From: a virus
DNA: 64,000 nt
Reading direction: 5' to 3' (one strand)
IMG/VR virus record: IMGVR_UViG_3300028827_000102
Coordinates: 1-64,000 of that record
Under the pieces are notes generated by a model, which did no database searches, was not told where the DNA came from, and saw nothing but the letters and a program-made list of their open reading frames with translations. Shown here piece after piece: positions 28,917 to 38,180 of this stretch. How positions within the stretch are numbered: the stretch's first letter is position 1; every line of letters begins with the position of its first letter. The position numbers and the translations under genes are program-made.

Positions 28917-29419
28917 TTTATACTTGCCATAATATCATTATACTTTATACAACCAGCATCTAAGAAAAATACTGGTATATTGTTATCCTTTGCTATACGT
29001 ATACCTTGTTCTGTACCTCCCTTTTTATCGTGTCTACGAAAAGCTAAAACAAAATCAGTGTCCTTGATTATATTGTAATTTCTGGCATGTAATCGCAACG
29101 CTCCTTTACTCAAGGCTTTAGGTTTCGGGTGGTATTTAGTCACAGAAGAAAATGCCTCAAAGTCCGTATCATTCAATATATTTATATGAACATCTCCGTG
29201 TAAAGATGCCACCCAAGTCCTTTCGTATGATGCCCACGGTAAAAACAATACCACCTTTCCACCGGCCTGTAAAGCACCCTCAACAAAAGCCTGGTCTGCT
29301 CCTACAGCAGCTCCGGTATGAAGTACCATACCTTTTCTGGCCAGTTTTCTCCCTATATTAATCAGTCTAGATCTGTCTTTGATGGACAGCTTTCTAGTAC
29401 CAATGCCAGCGTATATCAT
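28913..29419 (-). CDS. SLOG-superfamily (DprA/Smf-like) nucleotide-binding protein
   Basis: YAGIGTR, TGAAVGADQAF, HARN, GGTEQGIRIA. Confidence 0.85.
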   Translation of the reverse strand: MIYAGIGTRKLSIKDRSRLINIGRKLARKGMVLHTGAAVGADQAFVEGALQAGGKVVLFLPWASYERTWVASLHGDVHINILNDTDFEAFSSVTKYHPKPKALSKGALRLHARNYNIIKDTDFVLAFRRHDKKGGTEQGIRIAKDNNIPVFFLDAGCIKYNDIMASIK

Positions 29420-29977
29420 TTATATTTTTTCTATGCTTATATATTTTGGTAAGATATATTTTGGCAATACAAACGGATCTTTCAGTCTTCCAGCTTTCGG
29501 GTCTATTACTATTTCATAGCGTTTTGTTATATTAGACCATAACAAAGCTTTCGGCCATACATGTTTATTATTAGATAAATCCACATGAAATTCGATCATT
29601 ACTATCAATCTTTTTGCGGCTACGACTACAATAGGGAACCATCCCCAAATACCAGGCTTTATTTGCATCATATTAGATCTGGTACATACAACCGATAATA
29701 ATGACTTCTTCTCTGCTTCAGAGCCGCCAGAATACAGTGTATCATTTAACAATGATACGCCAAAAACATTCGCTACACTGTTCCCAAGAGGTATTATATA
29801 TTGTTGTTCGTATGCATCAGCCCAACCGTATTTTTGTGGCTCTTGTTGTGGTTCAAACAAACGCACATCTTTGTACGGATCGAGCTGAAGTACGCCGATT
29901 GGCATATTTTGGTTTTCATCCTCCGGCATGGGAGAACTTAAATCCGTTATTATACTCTTTTTATGTAGATTATCCAT
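29420..29977 (-). CDS. Hypothetical protein
   Basis: 185-aa co-oriented ORF, coupled to its neighbours. Confidence 0.65.
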   Translation of the reverse strand: MDNLHKKSIITDLSSPMPEDENQNMPIGVLQLDPYKDVRLFEPQQEPQKYGWADAYEQQYIIPLGNSVANVFGVSLLNDTLYSGGSEAEKKSLLSVVCTRSNMMQIKPGIWGWFPIVVVAAKRLIVMIEFHVDLSNNKHVWPKALLWSNITKRYEIVIDPKAGRLKDPFVLPKYILPKYISIEKI

Positions 29978-30407
29978 TTTTGGCTCTGTTTATTATGGCT
30001 TCAGCCTTTTTCCTAATATCACCAAAAAAGTCCAAGTCACCTAGCATTTTTTCATAATCATCTACTTGTATCCAAGCTCTATACATTTGAGAATTGATTA
30101 GACCTTCAGAGGAAGATAAGGCTTGTACATAATAGCGGCCGGTATTAGACATACGTATAGCTATTATTGGTTTTATTTTGATCCTATCCGTAGCCGGGTT
30201 TACTGGACCAATGGGAGCATCTGTTCCGCCTATTTCTGCCCAAAAACCTTTATAATTTTTTATATCTATTCCAAGCTTTTTATTGAAAAGCGATGGGTCT
30301 GGAGTATAAAACATCCTATTAGCATACTGTCTAAAATCTTCTTCATTCTGTAGTTGAATTAACTCAACCCACGGTGGTCGTATAAGTCTTTCCATAAAAG
30401 GATCCAT
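29970..30407 (-). CDS. Hypothetical protein
   Basis: 145-aa ORF with GGAG RBS. Confidence 0.65.
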   Translation of the reverse strand: MDPFMERLIRPPWVELIQLQNEEDFRQYANRMFYTPDPSLFNKKLGIDIKNYKGFWAEIGGTDAPIGPVNPATDRIKIKPIIAIRMSNTGRYYVQALSSSEGLINSQMYRAWIQVDDYEKMLGDLDFFGDIRKKAEAIINRAKNG

Positions 30408-30410
30408 TTT

Positions 30411-31163
30411 TTACTCCTGTTGTATCTTTGCTTCTGTCATTTTATCTAAAACATCCGATAATTCGTCATGTATCCAATCTTCTTCTGTTTCTTCTATTTC
30501 TTCTGTTTCGAGTAAAGACGTTCTTATTTCATCAGCTATCTCTTCTTCGTCTTTTGATGGTATAAATGCTTCTATATCATTTCCATCGATATCTTTCAGT
30601 GCGCCACTATACAAATGCAGTTGATCTACTTCAGTAAAAACAATTCGTTCTTCATCATCTTTTACACGTACAGATATCAACACATCCTGAATTTCTATTT
30701 GTTGTTCTCCATCTTTAGGAGGATTTTCTTTTGCATTTAACATTATGCTGTAATGGCCGTTGGGCCATTCATGCATTTTTAAGATAGATGCTATTTGGGC
30801 AAAAGGCACAGCTGGTGCTGTAAGCGGTGGTAAATATGAACTTGATATAATTTCCCTTATACCATCATCGTTTTTTTCAATACCATAAGCCAACAGAAAT
30901 CTATTGTCAGAGAAAAAAGGAACCAATGTACCATATTCGGGCGGAAGTAGACCAACTACAAATTTATCATCTTTTGTAACTGTACCATCAACATAACCCA
31001 CTTTTTTGACAATTGGATCTACATCATCACTATTTTCTAACACAAATGTTATATAATCGTCTATTCTTACTTCTGTTTTAAGTACAACAAATGTTTTAAC
31101 GCCAGCTGATATGGCATTTAATTCTTCTTCGTTTACTTCTACACGTATATTTTGCGGTATCAT
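30411..31163 (-). CDS. Protein with an N-terminal ASCH/DUF3850-like domain and an acidic C-terminus
   Basis: EELNAISAGVKTFVVLKTEVRIDDYITF resembles the ASCH/PUA pattern FxAVxxGxKTFExR..D. Confidence 0.55.
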   Translation of the reverse strand: MIPQNIRVEVNEEELNAISAGVKTFVVLKTEVRIDDYITFVLENSDDVDPIVKKVGYVDGTVTKDDKFVVGLLPPEYGTLVPFFSDNRFLLAYGIEKNDDGIREIISSSYLPPLTAPAVPFAQIASILKMHEWPNGHYSIMLNAKENPPKDGEQQIEIQDVLISVRVKDDEERIVFTEVDQLHLYSGALKDIDGNDIEAFIPSKDEEEIADEIRTSLLETEEIEETEEDWIHDELSDVLDKMTEAKIQQE

Positions 31164-31172
31164 TAATTACCT

Positions 31173-33821
31173 CTAACACCTTGTATAGCCGCAAGTTTCG
31201 CAATAATCACACTTATTTGGTATTACGACTAGTGTGTGGTTGGAACATTTAGGACAATAATCATACGGTATAGATATATTGTGTGTTGCGGTTTTATCGT
31301 TGTTTTTAGTTCCAAGTAACAATATGTCTTTTACGGTTTCATGTAATGCTGGGTCCTTCAGTACGGCAAGTAAATCTTCTACCTGTCTGGTACCAAATGG
31401 AAGGGCAGCTAAAGGAAAGTCCCCGGAAAGGTATTGATCTAATATTTTAGCCAGTGTGTCTGGCATAGATCTCTTAGCATGAGGACCGAAACCAACTTGG
31501 CCTCTACCCAAAATATCCACCAACTGGTCACGTACCATTTCTAGTCTAGTGTGTTGATTTATTGTTTTCCCGTTTGGCCATCTCAGTATGATTGAAATTA
31601 GTCTGCCTATCGCTTCCGCGTCTGCAGAAGCATCTCCTTTACCGAGAGTAACAAATAGGTCTATCGGGTCTCCACTTTCTGGATCATGTCTAATGGTAGC
31701 ATGTACCGTTCCTATAGGAGATTCTTCTGAAAAAGTTACGCTTATACCGGCATCAGGACGTGGGCGAATGAAATTTGTATCAGTTATGTAATCTTCTTTT
31801 TTGTCGTCATTTTTGTCTTTGTTGGTATATAATACTTGCTCATCCCTCGATCCGTCTCTATATACTGTACCACCTTTGCAGCCTAATTTCCACATCAGTG
31901 TATATGCTCGCGCCACATCATCCACCGTAGCATTATTTGGCATATTTACTGTTTTTGATATAGAAGCATCAATATGTTTTTGTATTACCGACATTGTATG
32001 TATGTGGTCGTCTGTAGATATACCATTTTGTGCAGTAACCACATAACTGGGCCATTTTGACTCATCTTTTCCAAATTTGTCTAATAAAATATCGGTCACA
32101 CTGGCTGTTTCATCAACTAATCCTATTCTTGTGTTACTGGTATAACTAAGAGCAAAAAATGGCTCACAACCGCTAGATGTATTTAATAAAGCCGCTACAG
32201 AACCTGTAGGAGCTACGGTATTAACGGTTACATTTCTTATTCCGTATTTTCTTATTAGTGCCCTAATCTCTTCATCCTGTTTACGCAAAAAACCAGAATT
32301 TACGTATTTTCTTGGTTTAAATAGCGGGAACGGTCCACGCAATTTCGCTAAGTTAATACTGGCTTTGTAACTTTCTTGCTTAAAGAATGATACAAGTTTT
32401 TCTGTAAATTGTAAAGCAGCTTCTGAGCCATACCTAAGACCTAATCGCATGAGCGCATCGCCATAACCAAGAAAACCCAAACCTATACGTCTTTCGTTAG
32501 TCTGTTGGTCTTCTACCACTTTTTCGTGGTATTTATTTAGATCTATAACATCGTCTAGAAAACGTATGCCATTATGAATACATGACTTAAAATCATCCCA
32601 GTTAAATTCTAGATCAGCACTTTCAAATGTTCTTTCGTAGTTAGGGAACTGTCCTACAGGTTTTATGAATTTTGCTAGATTTAAATGACTGAGATTGCAT
32701 ACCCCATTAGCAGGTAGCATTTGCTCTCCGCACGGATTACTAGCTATTAGTCTAGCATAATAATATGAATTTGACATATTATTAGCATGGTCCATAAATA
32801 TAATACCAGGCTCGCCAGACTCCCATGCATTTTGTATTATCTCTTTCCACAAAAATCTTGCTTGTATAGTGTCGTATACTTTTACCGTTTTACCAGCAGA
32901 CAACCAATCTTCTAATGAACCATTCCACAGATCATCGTATTCAGGATCATCCAAATCTGGAAATACCAGATCCCAGGTATCGTCGTTTTCTACAGCACGC
33001 ATAAATGAATCGCTTAATAATACTGATATATTTGTATTACTCAATAAATTTTCATTTACATATACGTTACCGTTTGGTGTTGATATACTTTTTCTTTTTG
33101 CTTTTACGGTAACAAAATCAAGTATGTCTGGATGCCAGCACCACATAGCCTGCAAGCCTGCTCCACGTCTACTTCCACCTTGTTCTACAGCTCCAGCTAT
33201 CTGAGAAAATTGTTCTGCCCACGACACTGCTCCACTAGATCTTCCATTTACTTTTTTTACTGTGGCGCCTTTAGGACGTAGGATAGACAAGTTCCACCCA
33301 ACCCCACCTCCTCTGGAATATGTTTCAAACAACCTCGCCCAATGATTTGAAATCCCAGATCTACTGTCAGATGATATAGGAAATACGTAACAATTGAATA
33401 ATGTCAAATCTTGGTCCAGTCCCATACCTGCTTGTATTCTTCCGGCAGGTATAAATTTCTCGTTTATCATATCCGCTATTATTTCTTCTTTAAATATCTC
33501 CGTATCATCATGATATTGTTCGCTTTCCGCCTTTACTACAGCTTCACCTACTCTGCGGCATATGTCATCGTACGTTTTTTCCACCACCACATCTACTGAT
33601 GAGTGTGGTAATGTAATTGTTTCGTCTGAATTCGCTATTTTTACCGTAGCGTTTTTTGAAGACGCTTTTTCTACAACACCTATTTCTCTAGAAATATATC
33701 TGCGCCCTCCAGACTCTCTTTCTACCGAAACCACAACTAAATCGCCTTGTTTAGGCGCAGAACTGTAATCTTTTTTTGCATAGCGGTCCAAGCGAATACG
33801 ATCTCTATATCGCATAAGCAT
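31173..33821 (-). CDS. nrdJ: Class II (adenosylcobalamin-dependent) ribonucleotide reductase with a C-terminal TSCPD-like domain and Zn ribbon
   Basis: PAGRI, LFNCYV, SRGGGVG, VEQGGSRRGA, SNPCGEQ, VAPTGS, SISKTVN, GCKGGTVYRDGSR, and terminal CPKC...CETCGYTRC; no adjacent NrdB. Confidence 0.93.
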   Translation of the reverse strand: MLMRYRDRIRLDRYAKKDYSSAPKQGDLVVVSVERESGGRRYISREIGVVEKASSKNATVKIANSDETITLPHSSVDVVVEKTYDDICRRVGEAVVKAESEQYHDDTEIFKEEIIADMINEKFIPAGRIQAGMGLDQDLTLFNCYVFPISSDSRSGISNHWARLFETYSRGGGVGWNLSILRPKGATVKKVNGRSSGAVSWAEQFSQIAGAVEQGGSRRGAGLQAMWCWHPDILDFVTVKAKRKSISTPNGNVYVNENLLSNTNISVLLSDSFMRAVENDDTWDLVFPDLDDPEYDDLWNGSLEDWLSAGKTVKVYDTIQARFLWKEIIQNAWESGEPGIIFMDHANNMSNSYYYARLIASNPCGEQMLPANGVCNLSHLNLAKFIKPVGQFPNYERTFESADLEFNWDDFKSCIHNGIRFLDDVIDLNKYHEKVVEDQQTNERRIGLGFLGYGDALMRLGLRYGSEAALQFTEKLVSFFKQESYKASINLAKLRGPFPLFKPRKYVNSGFLRKQDEEIRALIRKYGIRNVTVNTVAPTGSVAALLNTSSGCEPFFALSYTSNTRIGLVDETASVTDILLDKFGKDESKWPSYVVTAQNGISTDDHIHTMSVIQKHIDASISKTVNMPNNATVDDVARAYTLMWKLGCKGGTVYRDGSRDEQVLYTNKDKNDDKKEDYITDTNFIRPRPDAGISVTFSEESPIGTVHATIRHDPESGDPIDLFVTLGKGDASADAEAIGRLISIILRWPNGKTINQHTRLEMVRDQLVDILGRGQVGFGPHAKRSMPDTLAKILDQYLSGDFPLAALPFGTRQVEDLLAVLKDPALHETVKDILLLGTKNNDKTATHNISIPYDYCPKCSNHTLVVIPNKCDYCETCGYTRC

Positions 33822-33845
33822 TTACTCCTGTCCAGATTGTAAAAA

Positions 33846-34028
33846 TTATTTATTTACGTCATTATTAGGTACTTTAGGAGAGTCTTGCATGTAATTACAT
33901 ACATTACAAGCTAGTACCGTTTTTGTTGGTTGGGAAAGAGTATTGGTCCTAAAACTGGCTATGCGTAAAGCAGAGCCACATTTGGGGCATTTATTGCCCA
34001 TTTCATTTTTATGATTCATTTTTTCCAT
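33846..34028 (-). CDS. Small zinc-ribbon protein
   Basis: CPKCG...CNVC. Confidence 0.6.
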   Translation of the reverse strand: MEKMNHKNEMGNKCPKCGSALRIASFRTNTLSQPTKTVLACNVCNYMQDSPKVPNNDVNK

Positions 34029-34437
34029 TTTTTGCAGATTTTATTACTTGTACAAGATGATCTATTGTTAGCAATATTGCTAAATCTTGTACTTTTCCGT
34101 CTATGTCACAACAACATAATATTCTTGCTTGTTTTCCGCGTGTCTGCACCTTATCAACAGACAATACCTCAAATCGCTTGACCTGTCCACCCTTTTTTGC
34201 AGCCTGCATATATGATTTCACGGTAGAGGTCAGTGTTTCAACTTCCGCTTCTAACGCAGCGGTTTTTCTTTTCCACTCGTTACATTCGGCTTTTAGTGAA
34301 TCTATTATATCTTCTTTTTCGTCATGTTTTCCGTTCACTGTTACCTGTTTCTCTACAGCCACTCCATTTCTAATTTTGTATACAATTTTTTCGTGTTTGT
34401 TTTCAGTTGGTTTATCTACAACACGCACTGCCATCAC
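34009..34437 (-). CDS. Hypothetical coiled-coil protein
   Basis: 142 aa, AGGAG RBS, coupled to the resolvase gene. Confidence 0.65.
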   Translation of the reverse strand: MMAVRVVDKPTENKHEKIVYKIRNGVAVEKQVTVNGKHDEKEDIIDSLKAECNEWKRKTAALEAEVETLTSTVKSYMQAAKKGGQVKRFEVLSVDKVQTRGKQARILCCCDIDGKVQDLAILLTIDHLVQVIKSAKNGKNES

Positions 34438-34910
34438 TTTTCTCCTTCTTGTTTTATTGCCGCATATTTAGCAATGTTTGCCGCATCAGCTTCGTGTTCT
34501 GTTGATAAATGACACCATTGTTTACAAGTAAGTGTAGATATTTTTCCGTTTTTTCCTTTTATTGCTCCAAAATGTCTTTTAGCGTATGTTTTATGTACTG
34601 ATGGTGTGATCAATGATACTTGTATATTTCTATTATAACACTCTCCGGCCAAGATTCCAATCATTATATTCACTTTTTCCATATTTCCAATAAAACCTTT
34701 TCCTCTACGTAATTGATACCGCTCTATCGCACACACATCAGGAGAAAATGTATTCAGTATATTTGAGACTCTATAGGAAAAATAAAACAATCTGGTTACA
34801 TCTTTTCCAATGCCTTCAGTCACACCTGTAGCTTCTAGGCAATCTTCTTCAAAATTATAGACCGCCCAGGCACAGTTTACAATACCAGGATCCCAGCCGA
34901 TTACCAACAT
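34434..34910 (-). CDS. ruvC: RuvC-like Holliday junction resolvase
   Basis: VIGWDPG, CAIERY, ITPS..K, HEADAA catalytic motifs. Confidence 0.88.
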   Translation of the reverse strand: MLVIGWDPGIVNCAWAVYNFEEDCLEATGVTEGIGKDVTRLFYFSYRVSNILNTFSPDVCAIERYQLRRGKGFIGNMEKVNIMIGILAGECYNRNIQVSLITPSVHKTYAKRHFGAIKGKNGKISTLTCKQWCHLSTEHEADAANIAKYAAIKQEGEK

Positions 34911-34922
34911 ATATTAGTGTTT

Positions 34923-35243
34923 TTAGCCTTTCTTTTTATCAGGCTTTTTCTTTTTATCAGCTTTTTTCGCAGCCTTCGCAAGCTTGGCTTCTAATGTTTT
35001 TATAATGTCAGACATTTTATTGATTTCGTCTTCCTGCTCTTTTATTTTCTTTTGCAAGTCTGCGTTTATTTTACGTGTGTCTTTTAGTTCTTTATTTAAC
35101 TTATCCAATTTATCCTGCAAATCAGACTTGGCAGAGGCAATCAAGGCAGATATATCAGGCGCATAATCTTTATTTTCTCTTTCCTTAGCACTGCGTTGTA
35201 CAACCTGTTTTCCAGCTTTTGTTACTAAAAGTACTTTACCCAT
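34923..35243 (-). CDS. Coiled-coil protein with a Lys-rich C-terminus
   Basis: 106 aa, heptad pattern, AGGAG RBS. Confidence 0.65.
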   Translation of the reverse strand: MGKVLLVTKAGKQVVQRSAKERENKDYAPDISALIASAKSDLQDKLDKLNKELKDTRKINADLQKKIKEQEDEINKMSDIIKTLEAKLAKAAKKADKKKKPDKKKG

Positions 35244-35252
35244 GGTTTACTC

Positions 35253-35909
35253 CTAATAGGTTAAAATTCCAGGTATGTCTACAGACACAGAACTTACTAT
35301 CCATGTAATATGGTTACTAAAAGCTCTGTGTAGTTCTTGCATGGCACTTACCGCTTGTAAAAGTGTAGATGGGGCTCCTGATGATAAAGTATTTTCTGAA
35401 TCTATATACGGATGAGCCGTCGCATCAGGACGATGTGCAGTATAGGCTGTTTGAGCAGAAGCGACCCAAGACAATAAAGTTGCTTCATCTGTAGGAGCAG
35501 ATCCAGATATTGCTGCTGTCGTTGCGTTATGCACTCCCATATTTCCGTAATGAAAATTCATAGCACTATGCATATCTTCAGCTACATCTAAAGCATGACT
35601 CAATATAAGACTATCGCTTCCTGTGTTTATCAAATAATCATAATCGTACTGTAAACTACTACCAGTATCTACATATTTATGAGTAGAATTTAATTCTTGC
35701 ACAGACAAGATTCCAGAAGAAACGTATTCAGCAACATGATCTTTTACGCTTGAATGCATATTACTGAAAGTATGTCTCGGCATATCTATATAATCCCCCG
35801 GACCGAGATTAAAAACCAGTTTGCTGCTAGAAGCACGCCCAAATTTACTTGTTATGCCTACTCTTGTTTCAGTGGATTTACCCTTTGAAATGTTTATTAT
35901 TCTAAGCAT
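35253..35909 (-). CDS. Putative virion protein with a His-rich helical repeat domain
   Basis: C-terminal domain aligns with the insert in 4832-6487; the N-terminus (IINIS...LGPGDYIDM...YVSSGILSV) resembles that of 42706-43122. Confidence 0.6.
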   Translation of the reverse strand: MLRIINISKGKSTETRVGITSKFGRASSSKLVFNLGPGDYIDMPRHTFSNMHSSVKDHVAEYVSSGILSVQELNSTHKYVDTGSSLQYDYDYLINTGSDSLILSHALDVAEDMHSAMNFHYGNMGVHNATTAAISGSAPTDEATLLSWVASAQTAYTAHRPDATAHPYIDSENTLSSGAPSTLLQAVSAMQELHRAFSNHITWIVSSVSVDIPGILTY

Positions 35910-35918
35910 TGTATGCTC

Positions 35919-36851
35919 CTACAATGGAAAATAAGCCATACTTTCATATGGCTGTATTATTCTTGCCGTTATGTCCCAGGACAATAATTTTCCCTCTGGT
36001 GCCATATCTTTTACAGATATAGCTTTCCATCTATTTGAATCATCAGTAGCAGCAAACCAGTCTTCTGTAGTAATTCTGCGGAGAGTGTTATCTAACCACA
36101 AGTCTTGGGAACTAAAGTCATCGGATACACCGAAATCTTGTAAAATTTCTGCTTCGTCTTTTCTCGGTATATTTGCGTATACCACCATGTTAGATTTTCG
36201 TATATATCTTACATATACCATCCCAAAACGGGGACTTTCTCCTATCGGAGACGACCTTTTCATGGCTATTTTAACGTAGATATAAGAATTATGTAACCGC
36301 TGCTCTAAATTTTCTTTCGAGAAGGAAACCCAATCTAAATCAGATGGGGCTTTAATGTAAGCATCTATTTCGCCGCCTTCTGGTACGTCGGCTAAAGAAT
36401 AAATGGTATCTATTTTACCTATATTTGTCTGTATTTGTATTTTAGTGATTAAATATCCTTCGCGTGCGCCAGGTATTAGTACAAATCTACGTGGACGTTC
36501 TCGTTCGGAATAGTCAGGTATAATATTTACTGTTGTTATATTTGGATGCGTTACGTCCAGTGAGAAAAAATTTGTTCCATACTTATCAAAGCCACCCACT
36601 ACGCCTGTGCCATAACAACACCTGCATTTTGTATTAGGCGATACTTCGATATCAGCACAACTGCACCGTCTTCCTGCTATTATTCTGGAATAAAAATATA
36701 ACGATATCCGTACCGTTTCTACTGCTACATGGTTTAGTTGCGCTATACGCGGCAGCAATTGGTCTATAGCCACACTTCTAGCTTTATGGCGTAAAGCGTC
36801 AGTACCCGCAGAAACACGTAAAGTTTGTGGTCTATATATCTTTGCCATCAT
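35919..36851 (-). CDS. Putative head-closure / neck protein with a Cys cluster
   Basis: GRRCSC...CRCCYGTGVVGGF, as seen in neck/head-completion proteins of large myoviruses; divergent from the adaptor gene. Confidence 0.5.
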   Translation of the reverse strand: MMAKIYRPQTLRVSAGTDALRHKARSVAIDQLLPRIAQLNHVAVETVRISLYFYSRIIAGRRCSCADIEVSPNTKCRCCYGTGVVGGFDKYGTNFFSLDVTHPNITTVNIIPDYSERERPRRFVLIPGAREGYLITKIQIQTNIGKIDTIYSLADVPEGGEIDAYIKAPSDLDWVSFSKENLEQRLHNSYIYVKIAMKRSSPIGESPRFGMVYVRYIRKSNMVVYANIPRKDEAEILQDFGVSDDFSSQDLWLDNTLRRITTEDWFAATDDSNRWKAISVKDMAPEGKLLSWDITARIIQPYESMAYFPL

Positions 36852-36856
36852 TCCAC

Positions 36857-36894
36857 CTACTAAAAACTAAGCCTAGTTGCTTAGTTTTTAGTAG
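36857..36894. promoter_or_regulatory. Perfect 16-bp inverted repeat (CTACTAAAAACTAAGC-6 nt-GCTTAGTTTTTAGTAG), candidate back-to-back late promoters or operator
   Basis: Arms at 36857-36872 and 36879-36894 lie between divergent structural genes; each arm presents TTTTTAGTAG facing one gene. Confidence 0.6.
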
Positions 36895-36931
36895 AGATTA
36901 AATTTCGGACCGATGTTGCCAAAAGTGATAC

Positions 36932-38098
36932 ATGGAAGTAGTAAGAGGAACACATACAAATTTTGAAGCTGAATTTGTCGATATAAATGGTACACCACTT
37001 GTACCGGCAAATCCCGAGACTTACCCAATAGTAACCGTTCGAGATCCTGATGGTGATATTATTTCTACAGGCACAGGAACGGTTCTGGGAGACGGTTTAT
37101 ATAGATTTGCTTGGTTTGTGCCAGAAGACGCAGAAATAAATACTAACGACACACATTGGTCTGTATCTTGGGTATTTGTTACATCCTCTGGACATACCAA
37201 ACAAGTTGAACAAGCATTCGATGTAGTCGATAGAATTGAAGATTCGCCAGAAGATCTGGAACAGACCGTTATAGTTGACAGTGGTGAGTCTGCTAGAGTA
37301 TCTGTCCGGTGGCCAATAAAACCATATAGTATATCTTTGGATTTTCGCGATTCCTCTGGTGCGGTCTTATGGTCTGTGGATGGTGTTTCTACTAACTCGA
37401 TGGAATCCGATCCAGAAAACCCAAATCGTCTTATTACAGAAGTCGTTATAAATGGCGAATATGTATATTATTATGACACAGGCCCATTAAATTATGGCGA
37501 ATATCAAGCAGCATGGAATATACGCGAATCAATAGTATCAAATGCCACAAAATACATTCAAATAATTAGAGCAGTTCCTGGTGTGTTTTGGCACTATGCG
37601 ACCGAGTTGCGTATTTTTATCGACAAAATGCAAAAAAGAAGCGGAGTCGTACAGGCATATACTGATTCCGATCTATATAGCCATGTAATGGGAGGATTGG
37701 ACATAATAAATTTTTATGCCCCTACTACTACCTGGACGCTTACAGATATTCCTTTACAGGGTTCGCGTGGTGTTCGCACAGCATTATTATATGCTTCGGC
37801 AGTAAAAGCAATACAAGCACAGCAAATTTTGGATGTTGACTTGGATTTCAATCATTCCGGACAGACTGTAACACTTACATATAGTCACGACTGGAGTAAT
37901 GTATTATCCGCCCTGCAAGGACAATTAGATAAATTTGCAGAGGCTAAACCACAACTATTCCGCTTGGCAAACGGTGCAGCATTTTCAGGTGGACGACCAA
38001 AGAACTACAGATTCACCGAAAGAGTGTTCCGTATGTCGCATAATATGCGCGGAGTAGCTTTACCGTTAGGAGGTCCATGGCAAGCAATAGGATTATAA
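36932..38098 (+). CDS. Head-tail adaptor / neck protein with N-terminal Ig-like domains
   Basis: N-terminal Ig-like strands (GDGLYRFAWFVP); C-terminal AYTDSDL...LDIINFYAPTT...DFNHSGQTV matches the adaptor pattern. Confidence 0.6.
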   Translation: MEVVRGTHTNFEAEFVDINGTPLVPANPETYPIVTVRDPDGDIISTGTGTVLGDGLYRFAWFVPEDAEINTNDTHWSVSWVFVTSSGHTKQVEQAFDVVDRIEDSPEDLEQTVIVDSGESARVSVRWPIKPYSISLDFRDSSGAVLWSVDGVSTNSMESDPENPNRLITEVVINGEYVYYYDTGPLNYGEYQAAWNIRESIVSNATKYIQIIRAVPGVFWHYATELRIFIDKMQKRSGVVQAYTDSDLYSHVMGGLDIINFYAPTTTWTLTDIPLQGSRGVRTALLYASAVKAIQAQQILDVDLDFNHSGQTVTLTYSHDWSNVLSALQGQLDKFAEAKPQLFRLANGAAFSGGRPKNYRFTERVFRMSHNMRGVALPLGGPWQAIGL

Positions 38099-38165
38099 AC
38101 CAAACAACAAGTAACCAAACAACAAGTAACCAAACAACAAGTAACCAAACAACCAAACAACCAAC
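38098..38165 (+). repeat. A/C-rich tandem repeat: 3 x AACCAAACAACAAGT followed by about 3 x AACCAAAC
   Basis: Exact 15-mers at 38098, 38113 and 38128; 8-mers at 38143 and 38151, partial at 38159; ends just before the GAGGT RBS of the 38181 gene. Confidence 0.95.
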
Positions 38166-38180
38166 TATGAGAGGTGTAAC

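Noticed and set aside
264-35166. Many plus-strand ORFs of 60-190 aa in the ORF track
   Set aside because: They lie antisense to long, motif-bearing minus-strand genes, are S/I/F/L-rich as expected for shadow frames, and show no recognisable motifs.
36857-36894. Intrinsic terminator reading of the inverted repeat
   Set aside because: It lies between divergent start codons rather than after stop codons, and the stem is AT-rich with no following U-tract.
38098-38165. Possible CRISPR array, given the Cas4-like gene
   Set aside because: The units are contiguous 15- and 8-mers with no unique spacers, so this is a simple tandem repeat.
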